In this document: piece after piece, positions 44,119 through 55,955 of the stretch
Layout of the letters: each line of letters starts with the position of its first letter
Position numbering within the stretch: the stretch's first letter is position 1
Assembly: GCA_036172245.1 (NCBI GenBank)
Contig: JAYWIR010000013.1
Span: forward strand, 1,364,001 to 1,428,000
Source: Raillietiella orientalis
Taxonomy: Eukaryota
Length of the DNA stretch: 64,000 nucleotides
Direction of reading: 5' to 3'
Translations under genes and position numbers: made by a program
The notes under the pieces: model-generated
Databases searched by the model: none
The model's input: the letters and a program-made list of their open reading frames with translations, nothing else
What the model was told of the DNA's origin: nothing

Positions 44119-44777
44119 AAAAAACACACACACACACACAAAAAAAAAAAGGTGATAGTGTGTAGATGAAATATCTCGTGAAAGATTTTAGTGTACCACT
44201 CCCGCAGCAGTGGTGTGCGATCGCCGCTACTGAGCCAGGAGATTGCTGAGCGGACGCTCCCGGCACTGCGTCCCTCCCCTGCCGCATCAGACAACCAGTG
44301 AACACGGCACGAAGTGTACGTTGCACACCGAAACGGATAGGTCTTGAGGAGCCTTTCGCCTCTGCGACGAGAGAGTAGCTCGGAAACCTTGCCTTGCGTG
44401 GTCCGCTGGCAGGTCTTCCACAGTCGCGGTAGCAGCCACGAGCCCGTAACCCACGGCTGGCGACCGTGCTGCTTTCGCTTGCCGCCGCTGTGACATCCGT
44501 GGTGCACGCACCACCACCAGTCGCAGCCCGCCAACTCCTTCAACCGACCTATTCGCGAAAAGCGCTTTCCTGAAGTGGAATCGCATGTGCCTAAGCAACC
44601 GAAAACATCCCCTCCCGCCCACCCAAGTTATGTAGAGTGAACGCATGGAACACGCACATTCGTGTGCTTATCAACACATCAACGGAAGACTGAGTTCGCT
44701 TCCAATTGCAGTCAAGAGCTCATTCGCGAAAAAAATTCACAGCAGAACGGCGGCGGCATACGACGCTCAAGGAGACC

Positions 44778-45290
44778 TCAAACACCGCTGGGTTCACCCT
44801 TCTTGTTCTCAGTCTGTTCCTCGCAATCGCAGAATTCCATGGTCTGCCACGACTGCTCCACGATCGTGGCCACCCGCTTCTCGTACTCGCGTCTGTTTTC
44901 CTGGTACAGTTGAGCTGCCAAAGAGTTGGCTGGAGAATTGGGGTTGGGAGAATCCAGAAGCGATTGGATAGACGTCAGAATGGCAGCGACGTCGTACGTA
45001 GGACTCCAGCGATTCTGGAGGATATCCAGGCATATCCCACCATCAGCGTAGACGTTGGGGTGGAACATCTTGGACAGGAAACGCACTACAGGGGGCTTGT
45101 GAGGATAATCTTCGTTGAACTCCATGATAAGTTTGAAGGTTCCTCCTTCGAAAGGCGTGTCTTCGGGACCAAATATAATAGCATTCCACCTCATTATGTT
45201 GTCCTCCATGGGGGCTCCACTCACACCAATTGGGGGTCCTTGCTTAAGAAGTTTGAAATCACGAAGCAGTCTACGCTGAGCATTGGACAT
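44778..45290 (-). CDS. Rad6: Ubiquitin-conjugating enzyme E2, Rad6/UBE2A/B family, intronless, 170 aa
   Basis: [13 protein letters not shown]...GVSGAP...[18 protein letters not shown]...[27 protein letters not shown]...[26 protein letters not shown]. The catalytic Cys is intact. ATG at 45290 (the ORF track start at 45296 is a TTG). Confidence 0.97.
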   Translation of the reverse strand: MSNAQRRLLRDFKLLKQGPPIGVSGAPMEDNIMRWNAIIFGPEDTPFEGGTFKLIMEFNEDYPHKPPVVRFLSKMFHPNVYADGGICLDILQNRWSPTYDVAAILTSIQSLLDSPNPNSPANSLAAQLYQENRREYEKRVATIVEQSWQTMEFCDCEEQTENKKGEPSGV

Positions 45291-45580
45291 GTTCAACCGA
45301 GTAACCCTCGATGTTCTAACAGAAAATTTTCTGTAATTAAATAAATAAAACGATTACGTCAACTCTGGCTCTACTGCTCGGATGTTATCACACTAACACT
45401 TTTATGGAACAACTAGACTTTGACACATGCGAATCATTCTTTCCTTCGTCAAAGAAGAGCTGAAACGATGAATGCCAGGTGGTACCAAGGACAGTGACTG
45501 ACTACACTTCTCCCACCTTTTTAAACATTTTTTTTTCGCTTGTCGTTCTAAATTTTTTTTTTTTCAAAAAAAAACTCGCT

Positions 45581-47974
45581 TCATCTGAAATTTATACGGA
45601 GTCGCTTTTTATCCAGTGGTCGCAATAACTCCATGCCATCCATATAGGGACGCAAAGGGGCTGGAATAACGATACTCCCATCCTCCTGCTGATGGGTTTC
45701 AAGAAGTGCAATAAGCATTCTGGGAACAGCACAGGCTGTGGCATTCAAGGTATGCGGGAATGATTCGCCTGAACCACAAGTGAGAACAATAGGCAAACGT
45801 CTACTTTGGTAGTCAGTACAATTGCTGGCTGAACTGATTTCACCAAACAAACCACACCCAGGCATGTACGCCTCGATGTCGACTTTCTGGTAGGCTGCAT
45901 TGCCTAATTCATGTGCTGGCATGTCAAGAACACGACCAAAGAGTCCCAACGAAGCGAAAAATTCTTTCTGCAACCTCACCAAGTACTCAAAAACAGTACA
46001 ACTATCCTTAGGCGGAGTCAGTGCAAACATCTCAACTTTATAGAATTGATGAACACGATAAATGCTCTTCTCTTCCCGTGTTGAAGACACTTCTGCACGG
46101 AAACATCGTGAAAAGGCAGCTAGAAACTTCGGCAAATCACTCTCAACCCATTGCTGGGCTTGACAAAAACTTGCCAGTCCCATTTCTGCTGTTCCTGATA
46201 AGCAGGAATTTCCAAACATCTCAGGATCTAACCAATATACCTGAAAAAGAATATGTAAAATGCTTGAACACTAAATAGCTCGCAATAGTAAGTACACACT
46301 CCAGAAAAATAGGGTTGGCGAGCAATGCAGCTGACACAACAGCAGCAAAAGTACATATCTATGTAACATATGCAAAAAAACACGCTGCAAAACTGCTTAG
46401 TTAGGTCAAACCTATGACCTGCTTCATCATTAAATGGGCTTTTGGAGGAGATACCACAAACCAATCAGCATTATGACCAGCACTTTTTATGCACATTTAA
46501 GAAACCTATCACAACTTCTTTTGATAAGATTTGTCGTGTGTCAGATACACAGCAACCTCTTGCTAAGCATTCAACAAGCAGAAGCACCAAGTTCCCTAAG
46601 CAGGGTGAATATTTGCCGAATGAGCTTTTTGAAATGCCTACGTGCAATTTTCAAGATTTTTTTTCCCTCTGTGCTGGAGTGCCCCAACTATTTTCTAGAA
46701 ACCACGATGAATGCATTTTAAAAACAACATATCTGGGTAACTGCACGCATTTCTATTAAAGAACTCACATTCCCACTTATCTACCATATCAGCCAACTAC
46801 TACCTGCACAGCATGTCTTTCCATAAGTTTAGAAAAAAACTGACTCTTGCATTTAGATTTATTCACAACTTCCAACTGCATGTATCTAAGATCCACATCT
46901 GAATTTAACCTGTCAATGCAACTAATTCCTAATCCTATTGAAATAATGTTCACTCTGGAGAGAATTATTGAATTCCTGCATTAAAGGGTTCCCCCAAAGC
47001 CAGAACGCTATTCATGTACTGGTGATGTTGGAGGACGAACTAAAGAGAGTCATTTCAAAATCCACTTATTCTGCAAGATTTTTCAAACTGAAACTACTAA
47101 ATTTGATTCTCATGGAGTAGCTAGCTCTTCATTCTATTGTATGCAACAACATAGCTTTTGTATTTGACTCATATTCGAATTTCCACTCTGAGGAGCTAGA
47201 AACACTTCTGTACATTGCATGCAGCATAAATACTCGAAATCCTACACCTGCTCATTTTCACAGCTGCCAGCATGAAAAATGCACAATTCTTAGAAGGAAA
47301 AGACTGTAATTGCAAAATTTCCACATCATGACGCTGTCCTTACTCACCTGTGTACGATGGCTACTAGTACTCATACCACAACTCTCCAGAATTTCGGGAG
47401 TAACTATATCTGGGACAGATACCAAGCAAAATTTACGTGCTTGTAAAAACTGCACAGCATATTGAATGAGTGCCCATTCTAAATGAGCCAAGAGTCCCAG
47501 CAAATAATAGCTGCGCCTCCCAGTAAAATGGCCTATTTTCTTTGTACGCAGTCCTTCAAGAAAGGATGCCAGAAGTTCAAAAGGGCGTGGAGTGAAAGAA
47601 AAACTCTTTTGTTGCCCAAAACATTGAAGCAAATGCGAATCCTTCCCATATTCCAAGGTCTGAAAAACAGTCATGCATTCAATCACTGAAAACCTAAATT
47701 ATACCCTGGGATGGATTCTGTTGGGAAAGGAGGCACAATAATTGTAGAATGTCTGATATGAATCAGAAGCTACATTTTGAAATTTCAGCTGACTCCACAA
47801 ATGGTTCAATTGCTCCAGACTTACTGGGCTTTGCCGAGCTTGAATATTTTTCTGGATGTCAACTGCATTCTGAGAATCCAGCAAGTAATCAACATCCAAG
47901 TAATGCAACCGCTGATGCACACTTCGTGCAACTTTGGCACAGCAAAACACTTTGCGACAAATAAGAGGCTTCTG
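45581..47974 (-). CDS. SARS2: Mitochondrial seryl-tRNA synthetase; exons 47974-47705, 47659-47348, 46240-45581; initiator AUG not found
   Basis: FPNRIHP, GHFTGRRSYYL, LEWALIQY, SVPDIV, CLSGTAEMGLA, SRCFRAE (motif 2), IYRVHQFYKVEMF, ELGNAAYQKVDIEAYMPG, GEISSASNCTDYQSRRL, HTLNATACAVPRMLIALLETHQ, IPAPLRPYM. GT-AG phase-0 introns of 45 and 1107 nt. Confidence 0.95.
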
Positions 47975-48035
47975 CTACAAAAACAAAAAGAAAAAAAAAA
48001 GAGAATCATTTTTTTTCAGCATAACGACGAACTCC

Positions 48036-50066
48036 CTATTCCCAATTTCCCCTCTGTTGCTTTTGCACATCTACAAAGTCTTGCAGTGTTGCATGGTCCA
48101 CAGGAATGTGCACCATTTCCATGCCATCAAGAGCCTTGCGCATGCGCAGCAACTTATGATCACAGAATTCAATCAACTGAGCTCTAAGAGTGAGTTCTGA
48201 GTTGACTAGGAAGGCCTCCCGGCAGATTTCATAAAACACAGCCAAACTTATTCCTAGGAAGATAACATTCTGGCATGCCTGTCACCAGCAACACATACCT
48301 GATTTCATATCTGGTTGTAGGAGCTGCTGCTCAGCCAACAACAGAAATATTTTTTGAGCATTCGGAGTTAAAGAGGGGAGTACATGGTCCAACGATGAAA
48401 TAAACAAGGACGTTTTACATGACGCTAATACAGAATCTTCAAATTCTAGTTCAGATGTATATGGAAAGAATGATGTCACATCATAGAAAACAGGCTGCAG
48501 AAGATGATACTTATGAACATCCCACACTAAAATTATAAATCAATCAGTTTCATAGCAACAAATGGAGAATTGTGTTTAAGGTAAATTGAGCCTTTTTGCA
48601 TCACCAAAAGCAGAGTTGCATGCATTACTGCACACTTTACAATTAGATGTTATGCAAAACAAACAATCAGTTTTTGGAATCATCACAAATTGCATTATTG
48701 GCTGTAGTCATGAGTATAATACAAAAGTAATTCAATTAGATACTATGAGGAATGCCTTTTCAAAAACTGAAGCTGACCTTCTACAAACATGTAATGTTGA
48801 ATGAAACAACCATCAACTCTATTCCCATGATTACCACTCACACATATTTCTAGATCAGATGATCAGATGAAAGAACCTATTATTTGCAGTCATGTACAAG
48901 ATATTTTCATTAATGTTGTACACATGATTACACATAACTGATGAGAGAAAAATTACCTACCACAGATGAGAAGAAAATTATGTGCTACAGAGAATGGTAT
49001 GGTACTTACACAAAAATGCATTCACATGGTCCAGGCTTGCTACTAAGTGAACCCTCTCACACTGAACAAGAGAACAAAGGAATTGCTGTATTCTATCATT
49101 TCGCAAAGCCTGACCATCAATATTATGAATAATTAAAAAAAAATGAGACTTCAATGAATTAAAGGTTTCCATGATATAATCCAGTTGCATTTGCAAACTA
49201 GCAAATCGTTCATCACAATCCAAAACCTTTTGCGTAATCGCATCTAGGAGCTAAAATTAAATGATTTTTAACAATGAATAACATTTCATGCTCTAACCTC
49301 TTTTAATGATATACTAGGGATAAAGCCATGGATTACAAAGTGGGTATAACTTTTTAGATACTGAGTACAAAAACGATCTATTATGCACTTTTTGGATCCA
49401 AAACCATATAAAAATACACTGAATTGCTCTCTAGTTATTACAATAAATGCAAAAGAAAATAAAAATAAAAACAAAATAAATAACATGAACTGAAGGTTCT
49501 CATTTCATTACTTTAGTAAAAGGATCCAATGAGGAAACAACATTTCATGTTCTCGCATCAATTTGGATTTTTCTTTCCAGTGGGTGATTCGTTGTTGTTT
49601 TTGACAATCAATAACAAGATCTGATTGCAACTCTGATGCTGTAAACTTTGGAAACAAATGTTTTGATGTTTTCTTATGACTCTTTTGCCAAAAGCTTGGA
49701 CAACTGCCATCATAATTTTCATCTTTCTTATTATCATTATTTTTTTTTTCAATTTATACATTAACCTAGAAAAGCATATACTTACCTTACATTCATATTC
49801 CAAAACTGTACTTGAAGAACCCAAAGCACTGAGAAATTCTGAAATAAAATAAGCACACACAGCATTAAATTATCCACAGTTCTCATCTTACCTCTACCAA
49901 AACCTTCATCCTCATCAACACTTTCATGAGATGACATACCACTCCAGCTATCTTCTGAGTTATCAGAAGATGAAGTGGACAAACAGGAGTGCAATGCTTC
50001 ATCTGTTTCCTCTTTGTGTTCTGCACTTCCATTTATTATTAATTCATTAGAATCTAGAATTTCCAT
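48036..50066 (-). CDS. ORC2: Origin recognition complex subunit 2, about 7 exons; the junction near 49720-49790 is ambiguous
   Basis: LFPHWILLL, FSVFLYGFGSKK, VIHGFIPSISLKE, FLIIHNIDGQALR, HLVASLDHVNA, YDVTSFFPYTSEL, LDHVLPSLTPNAQKIF, CREAFLVNSELTLRAQLIEFCDHKL, preceded by an acidic low-complexity N-terminus. Confidence 0.95.
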
Positions 50067-53000
50067 AATTGAATTTTAAAAAGTGAATTTATTCCAGCAC
50101 GTAAGTATTCTTGCTTGAATGTAAAATGCATGAAGTTGGCTTTTAAAAACTAGGAATCGGTGCAAAAGTCAAAATGCTCGAACGTTACGCTTTTAAGCGA
50201 TGAATGGTGCATCACCAGTTAGAAATACTGTTTATAGATTTTGCTTGCTACGTTGTTTGGATGCAAATTTCTAATTTAGCATGTTTTGTAGTCACTTTCA
50301 AACTACTTTCGATGTTTAATACGGCTATTCGTGTGTCATAAGCATTATTGTTGTGGTTATTTTTTGGTTTCATATTAAGTACATGTTCTGCAAATACGTA
50401 ACTCACGATAATAATTCTAAATTAAACTACACACCTGGTTTCAACCTTTTTCTTAGATTGTAAGGCATTTTTATGGCTTCAGTTTGTACCGACTGCTAAT
50501 GAGTTAATGTAGTTCAGCGTGCCTCGATTTCAACAAAGAATCCTCACCCAGTGCACTAGATTGAACTCAGATGCAAGGCGTCCTTAGATATTTCTCACTT
50601 ATATTCTCAAGAAAATAAACAAAACAAAAATCACATGCCGCCGCTTCCTTGCGACATGAACCAGCATGCACTTTCCGTTCGGGCAGCGGCAAACTGTAAT
50701 TTAGGACGCATGTTTTCAATCTTTAGATGTAAAATCTCAATTCCCCTTCTTTGTTTCTTTCACCAGTTTACTGTGACTGTGAAACAAAACTGGTTGGAAG
50801 GAAGATAACTGCGAAGGCTTAACTTATAAAATACCGAATCTCAAAACTAGACCACGAACTACGAGACTGCCTACGAATTATGACTTCCAGCTCAATATAG
50901 AGCTCATTGAATTCTGGATGAAAAAAAAAGAAAACCAGCATGACAACAAGGTTCTACATCTCCTATACCTTTGCCAATATCAAATAGTAAAGTTGCTAAT
51001 TAATGTTAAATGTCCATTATAGATTTTAACAAATCTTGGTCATAGATCAAACGCAAACTGCACAGCAGAAACGTAATTACATATATAAGTGAAATAAAAA
51101 AGAGCTTCCCCGATTAATCAAAACGTGAAATTGAAAAAAACTTTTTTTTCAAGTCTCACTGCATTTGACACTCTTTCGATTCCCAATCCGTTCTCTTAAG
51201 GAACATAAAATATTGGTTAACTTAAGGATGTACCCTAGCTAGAAAACAGTTGTTTCTATTGGTAAACTCAGTATCCAAATACAAAAAAAAATATGCTTGA
51301 GACACGTAGCATCACTCATCTCTAAGGATTTTAAATCTAACAACAAGAGAATCTTTCTTAATATTATGGGAAATACTTGGTACAAACATTATGGGAAAGT
51401 AATATAGTATTCAGACAGGAATTTTCCATACCAAGACCTTCAAACAATGTTGAAGGTCACGGAAAGCAAAATTCCATGTGAACTGAAATACAAAAGATAT
51501 CTTTTTATTTGCTCGTTCGTTCTGGACCCTATAATCTATTTGGAACCTTATTGTTTACTATCTCTGTTTCTTTTCTGGACTCGTTTTGTGTACCAATTAT
51601 CAAAAGCATAAAAGTGAACATCAGAAAAACTTGGAATTTCACTAAAGATCCCAGTGATTCATCTGATGAAAAAAAGTCAGCAAATAAAACAAGAGAATAT
51701 AACAAGAAATATCTAAAAACTTAAAATGAAATCCTTCACTCTAAAACAAAAAAAAATGCTGATGTCATCGCGGATTTCTATGAACTCTTTGAAGGTTCAA
51801 GATCGGATATTTCTCTTACATCTAATCAAAACATTGTATCTCGAATGAGCTCTGTGATATAAAGGTTTTTGCCCCTTCAAAGCTTTGGCTTCTTAAGTAT
51901 CTTGAAAAAATACACATGAATGAAATCAAAATTTCCCCATCAGAAGGTTCCCTCTTTAAAAGTTTGACCGCCTTCAAAATTCACATCATTGCAAAGTATG
52001 GTTTTCAAAACTTCCAGCTATATTTGATTCCAGGAACGTTCTTTCAGGAACGACTTTTTCAAAAACGAACTATATTTTATTCCCAGAGCATAAATTCTTA
52101 GATGTGTACATCACCTGATTGCAGAATACTGCTAGGAAAAAACACTAATGCTCCATATAGTAGTCTCGGAAATTTTTGGCGTCTTTTCTACTGTTTAATG
52201 GTACATTAAACATGAACACACGAAACTAGATAGAAAATTATCTTTTAAAAAAAAAAATACACGTGATAAGAAAAATAGAAGATTTGTAAAGTACGTCCAA
52301 CAGGTAAAAGATACCATCTTGGATAATATTATAGTATAGAAAAAGTATTGCTCAGGCTCAAGAAATAATCTTTCTATCAAGAATAGAGATGTTTTTTGTA
52401 ATTTACAATAGCAAACATCAATTTGACTTGATATTCAAATCGTCTGCTCAACTGGTACCGACTACTAGAACAGTTATCAGTGCTAACTCAGTAGAGATTA
52501 ATTTGTGTTCAATGTTAAGTTTGGTTATGCTAATGGATGGATGGGCTGACTCTGGAAGCAAACTCGCTTGATACTCAACGTGATGAATACAACAGAAGAT
52601 AATGGAGAATGACATGGCTGAAAGATATGGAAGAAAATATCTCAGTAGTTCCTATCCAAAGGGAATAGTGAAGAGAATCTGACTCCTTATATCATGGGAA
52701 AGTTACTGTTATTAAAAAGAAAAATAAAGTCATTTCCGTCATTTATATAAAAGCAAAGTAAAAGACAGCAAGTCTAGATGAGATGCTGTCCTTCTAAAGG
52801 AATCCTTAGGTGTTAAGGGGTGCTCACAATATAAACCTGCTTTCAACTGCTACTTCATTGCAATTGCTTTTCCAAAGAGCACTCACTGTTTAATTTTCAA
52901 TATGGAACATATCAATTGCGGAACTAGGGTGTGAAGAGACATAGTTTTTCAAACTCCATTTGTCTTGAGTATGATGCAACTAATAAGCGGTAATCGTTTT

Positions 53001-54129
53001 GAAGAATTTCAAGAACTTCAAGATGTTTTAATGAATTTTTCAGAGTTCTCTGGGTTTGGGCTCAGTAGATGTCAGAAGCCGTCTCAAAAAGGCAATGTTT
53101 TGAAAGATTTCAAAATGTGTTTGGAATCACATTTGAAATCCCTGGAAAGAGTGCTGAAGAAGTTAGGCTTCACTTGCAATTCGAAGAGTATATATAAGCA
53201 AAAATGGTATGCAACTAGGTGGGTTACTGAACAACGAAGATTTTTGCGAAGAAAATCTTTGGTAGTACATCAAAGTGAAAACCAAGTAGTATGCGCGTTT
53301 CAAGAGTTATTAAGAATGTGAGTCGGGTTCCTGAATTACTAATGGAAGTTTCCAGTGGACACACTTATTAAGGGACTGGTACAGTATCATACCAAGTAGA
53401 TAGTCTGATCTCTTAATAAAATAGCAATGAGACAATAAAAGATTGAAACATATATCTGTGGTCGTCTGTAGGTATGTAATGGATAAAAAAGACGTATTCA
53501 TTATTTACACCTATATATCAGTCTTCAATGGAACTAACTTGTGCTTTATTGCTATTCATCTTCCAAACTAATACTGGGCATGTTATTCCACCCGAAAATC
53601 AACTGATACTTTGCGTTCTTTTGAATGCTGAAGATACAGTGTATATTTTCTGAAAATGCTTCAATTCATAACAGATGAAAATTCTTCTTTTGGAACAAAT
53701 ATTAGACTTTAAAAATATTCCTCCACTCAAGTAAACACGATAAATCTTTGCTTGCTAACTTGACTGGATTAGTGAAACGTGTATGACCATGAATCATAAT
53801 CGGTAATGGTAATAGTTCGAATTCAACGTTACTGAAGGTGATAAGCAAATTAATGGCCCAAATCGATTCTATATAAACGTTTAGAAAGCATAAACAATCA
53901 GAAATTAATAATTCGTCGGTGTTTTATATTATCAGGTATTTACACTCATGAACATGAAAATTTATTAAAAGTACAAACTTTTGTATGTGTCGGAAACGCA
54001 AAACCTGTACGCTTATTGAATTTGATTAATGAATATTAGACAGAAGTGCAAATACAACGCCACCGAATTTACAAATAACGTACTATAGAGTACCGTAAAC
54101 TTATTGTCTGGTGAAATCCTACTCAATGT

Positions 54130-55955
54130 CTCACTGAATAAAACTACAATTGCAAATTTTCATTTCAAACAATGTATTTGAAGAAATTGAAGTTTTAAAA
54201 AACCGCAAAATTAATGGACCAGAAAATGAAGTAAGCATAGAGTTTTTATTGAAGAAACTATACTCAAAGTCGCCGCACCATGGAAGTGTTTCAATAGAAT
54301 GAAACACACTATATAGATCACTCTTTCTGCGTAGCAAGAAACATAATATCACTGAAAAGAAAGAGATGCAACCTCGGCATCAGGCAGTAATGTACGTTTC
54401 CAAAGGGTTTTGTGCAGCTCATTTTAAAAAACCGTCACAGGTCGAAGCTTGCGTCTGGATAAAGAAATTGCCCTACCTGAGTTGCTGAGCAAGGAAAACT
54501 TTAAAATAAGTTTGGAAGCAAAAAGCTGTGAACCTATATTTAGGGATGTCTTTAATGATACTGATGGGAACTTAAACCTTGAGAACTTGAGAACTTGAGA
54601 ACCCCACACGAAGGTCCACATGGAAGTCTAAGATGATAGGATGAAGGAGACACGTTTTTAATCTTTGAAGGATTGCATGCAAAACTGAAAATTGAAAAAA
54701 AGGGACATTAAACTGACAGGGCTTGTGTGAAGGAAAATTTTTTAAAATGTTGGCGCGCATGTGCAATCTGCATTGACATGAAATATGAACTCTTTTGATG
54801 TGAAAAACCGAGGCTAAATTGACAGTACTTGAAAAGAAATGAACCTAATGTTCTAGTATTCTTTCATTTTTTTTTTCCATTTCGTACAGATGAAACCCCT
54901 TTGGTAGATTTGCTTCATCCAGAATAGTGTGGATTTCTTTTTCTTCTCTCAATAAATAAATAAGAATTCATGAAATGAAATACTTTTTCAGTTAACAAAA
55001 AAGGACTATTTCAGAGATACGCGAAACAGAAGATATAATGAAGTCAGAATAAATTTTCAGCCAATGAATATTCAGATTTGAGTAGTTTTCATGTAATTTT
55101 TTCAAGGGGAAGTACAGAATATAAGATCTTTAAAATGATGGACTTAAAAGAAAGTTATAGATTTTCCCGGGAGCAAATAAAACACAATTAAGTTCGAGTA
55201 TACAAAGATTCTAGCTATAGCATTTTGTGGAAAGCATCACAAAATATCAAAATCGTATTGATCAGTCTGATGGTAGAAGAACAATTCATGTCTTAATCAT
55301 TAAGTAGAATGAAACTAGCATTGAACATTGCAAACAAGAAATGGAAACTGTAGCTCTTCGTTTTTCTCATATTGGTCCATTTCACACACACTCCGTAGTT
55401 CAAAGTGATGGATTCTTTTTCTCAATATTTTGACTACACACTAAAAGTGAAAAAACAACATGCACTGATGATGCAGACGTCACACCGATCACATAGAGAC
55501 TTTCAAAGTGGCTTAAACAAATGCAAGCCACTTTAAGGGCATTGTATGCTATTAGGTATTTTATTATCCGATGCTTCACTAAATCGAGTTCAATTATACG
55601 AAGCTTTTCTCATAACTCTGCAGTTTAATTTTTGTATATGTTCATCTCGTGTTTCTTATTCTGCAATCAATGAAGATTGTTTTCTTAAAAACTGAAATTG
55701 ACACTGTGAAGGAAGTCAATATAGAATCAACGAACTGACACGCAACAGAAACCTTAGACTTAGTGTCGTATAGTCCGAACTCAACCTAACAGTCCTTTAT
55801 CTCCTTTTGTATTCCAATCTTTCATCTTATGCAGAGTTGAAATCTAAATTCTCGAATATTCATGAGAAGTTAAAGAACCTTGAAAAAGGAGCTTAAAAAA
55901 ACTGTGATGCAATAATAGGAAACACAAAGGAACAACAACACTTAGCACGTTGAAA
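54130..55955 (+). pseudogene. Possible decayed gene remnant (K/E/L-rich, coiled-coil-like fragments interrupted by stops)
   Basis: Fragments such as VFEEIEVLKNRKINGPENE, ITKYQNRIDQ, EHCKQEMETVALR and LKSKFSNIHEKLKNLEKGA* lie on one strand with some splice-like borders. No family recognised. Confidence 0.2.

Noticed and set aside
44706..45344. 212-aa plus-strand ORF antisense to Rad6
   Set aside because: Non-ATG start and a mirror of the conserved E2 frame; no motif of its own.
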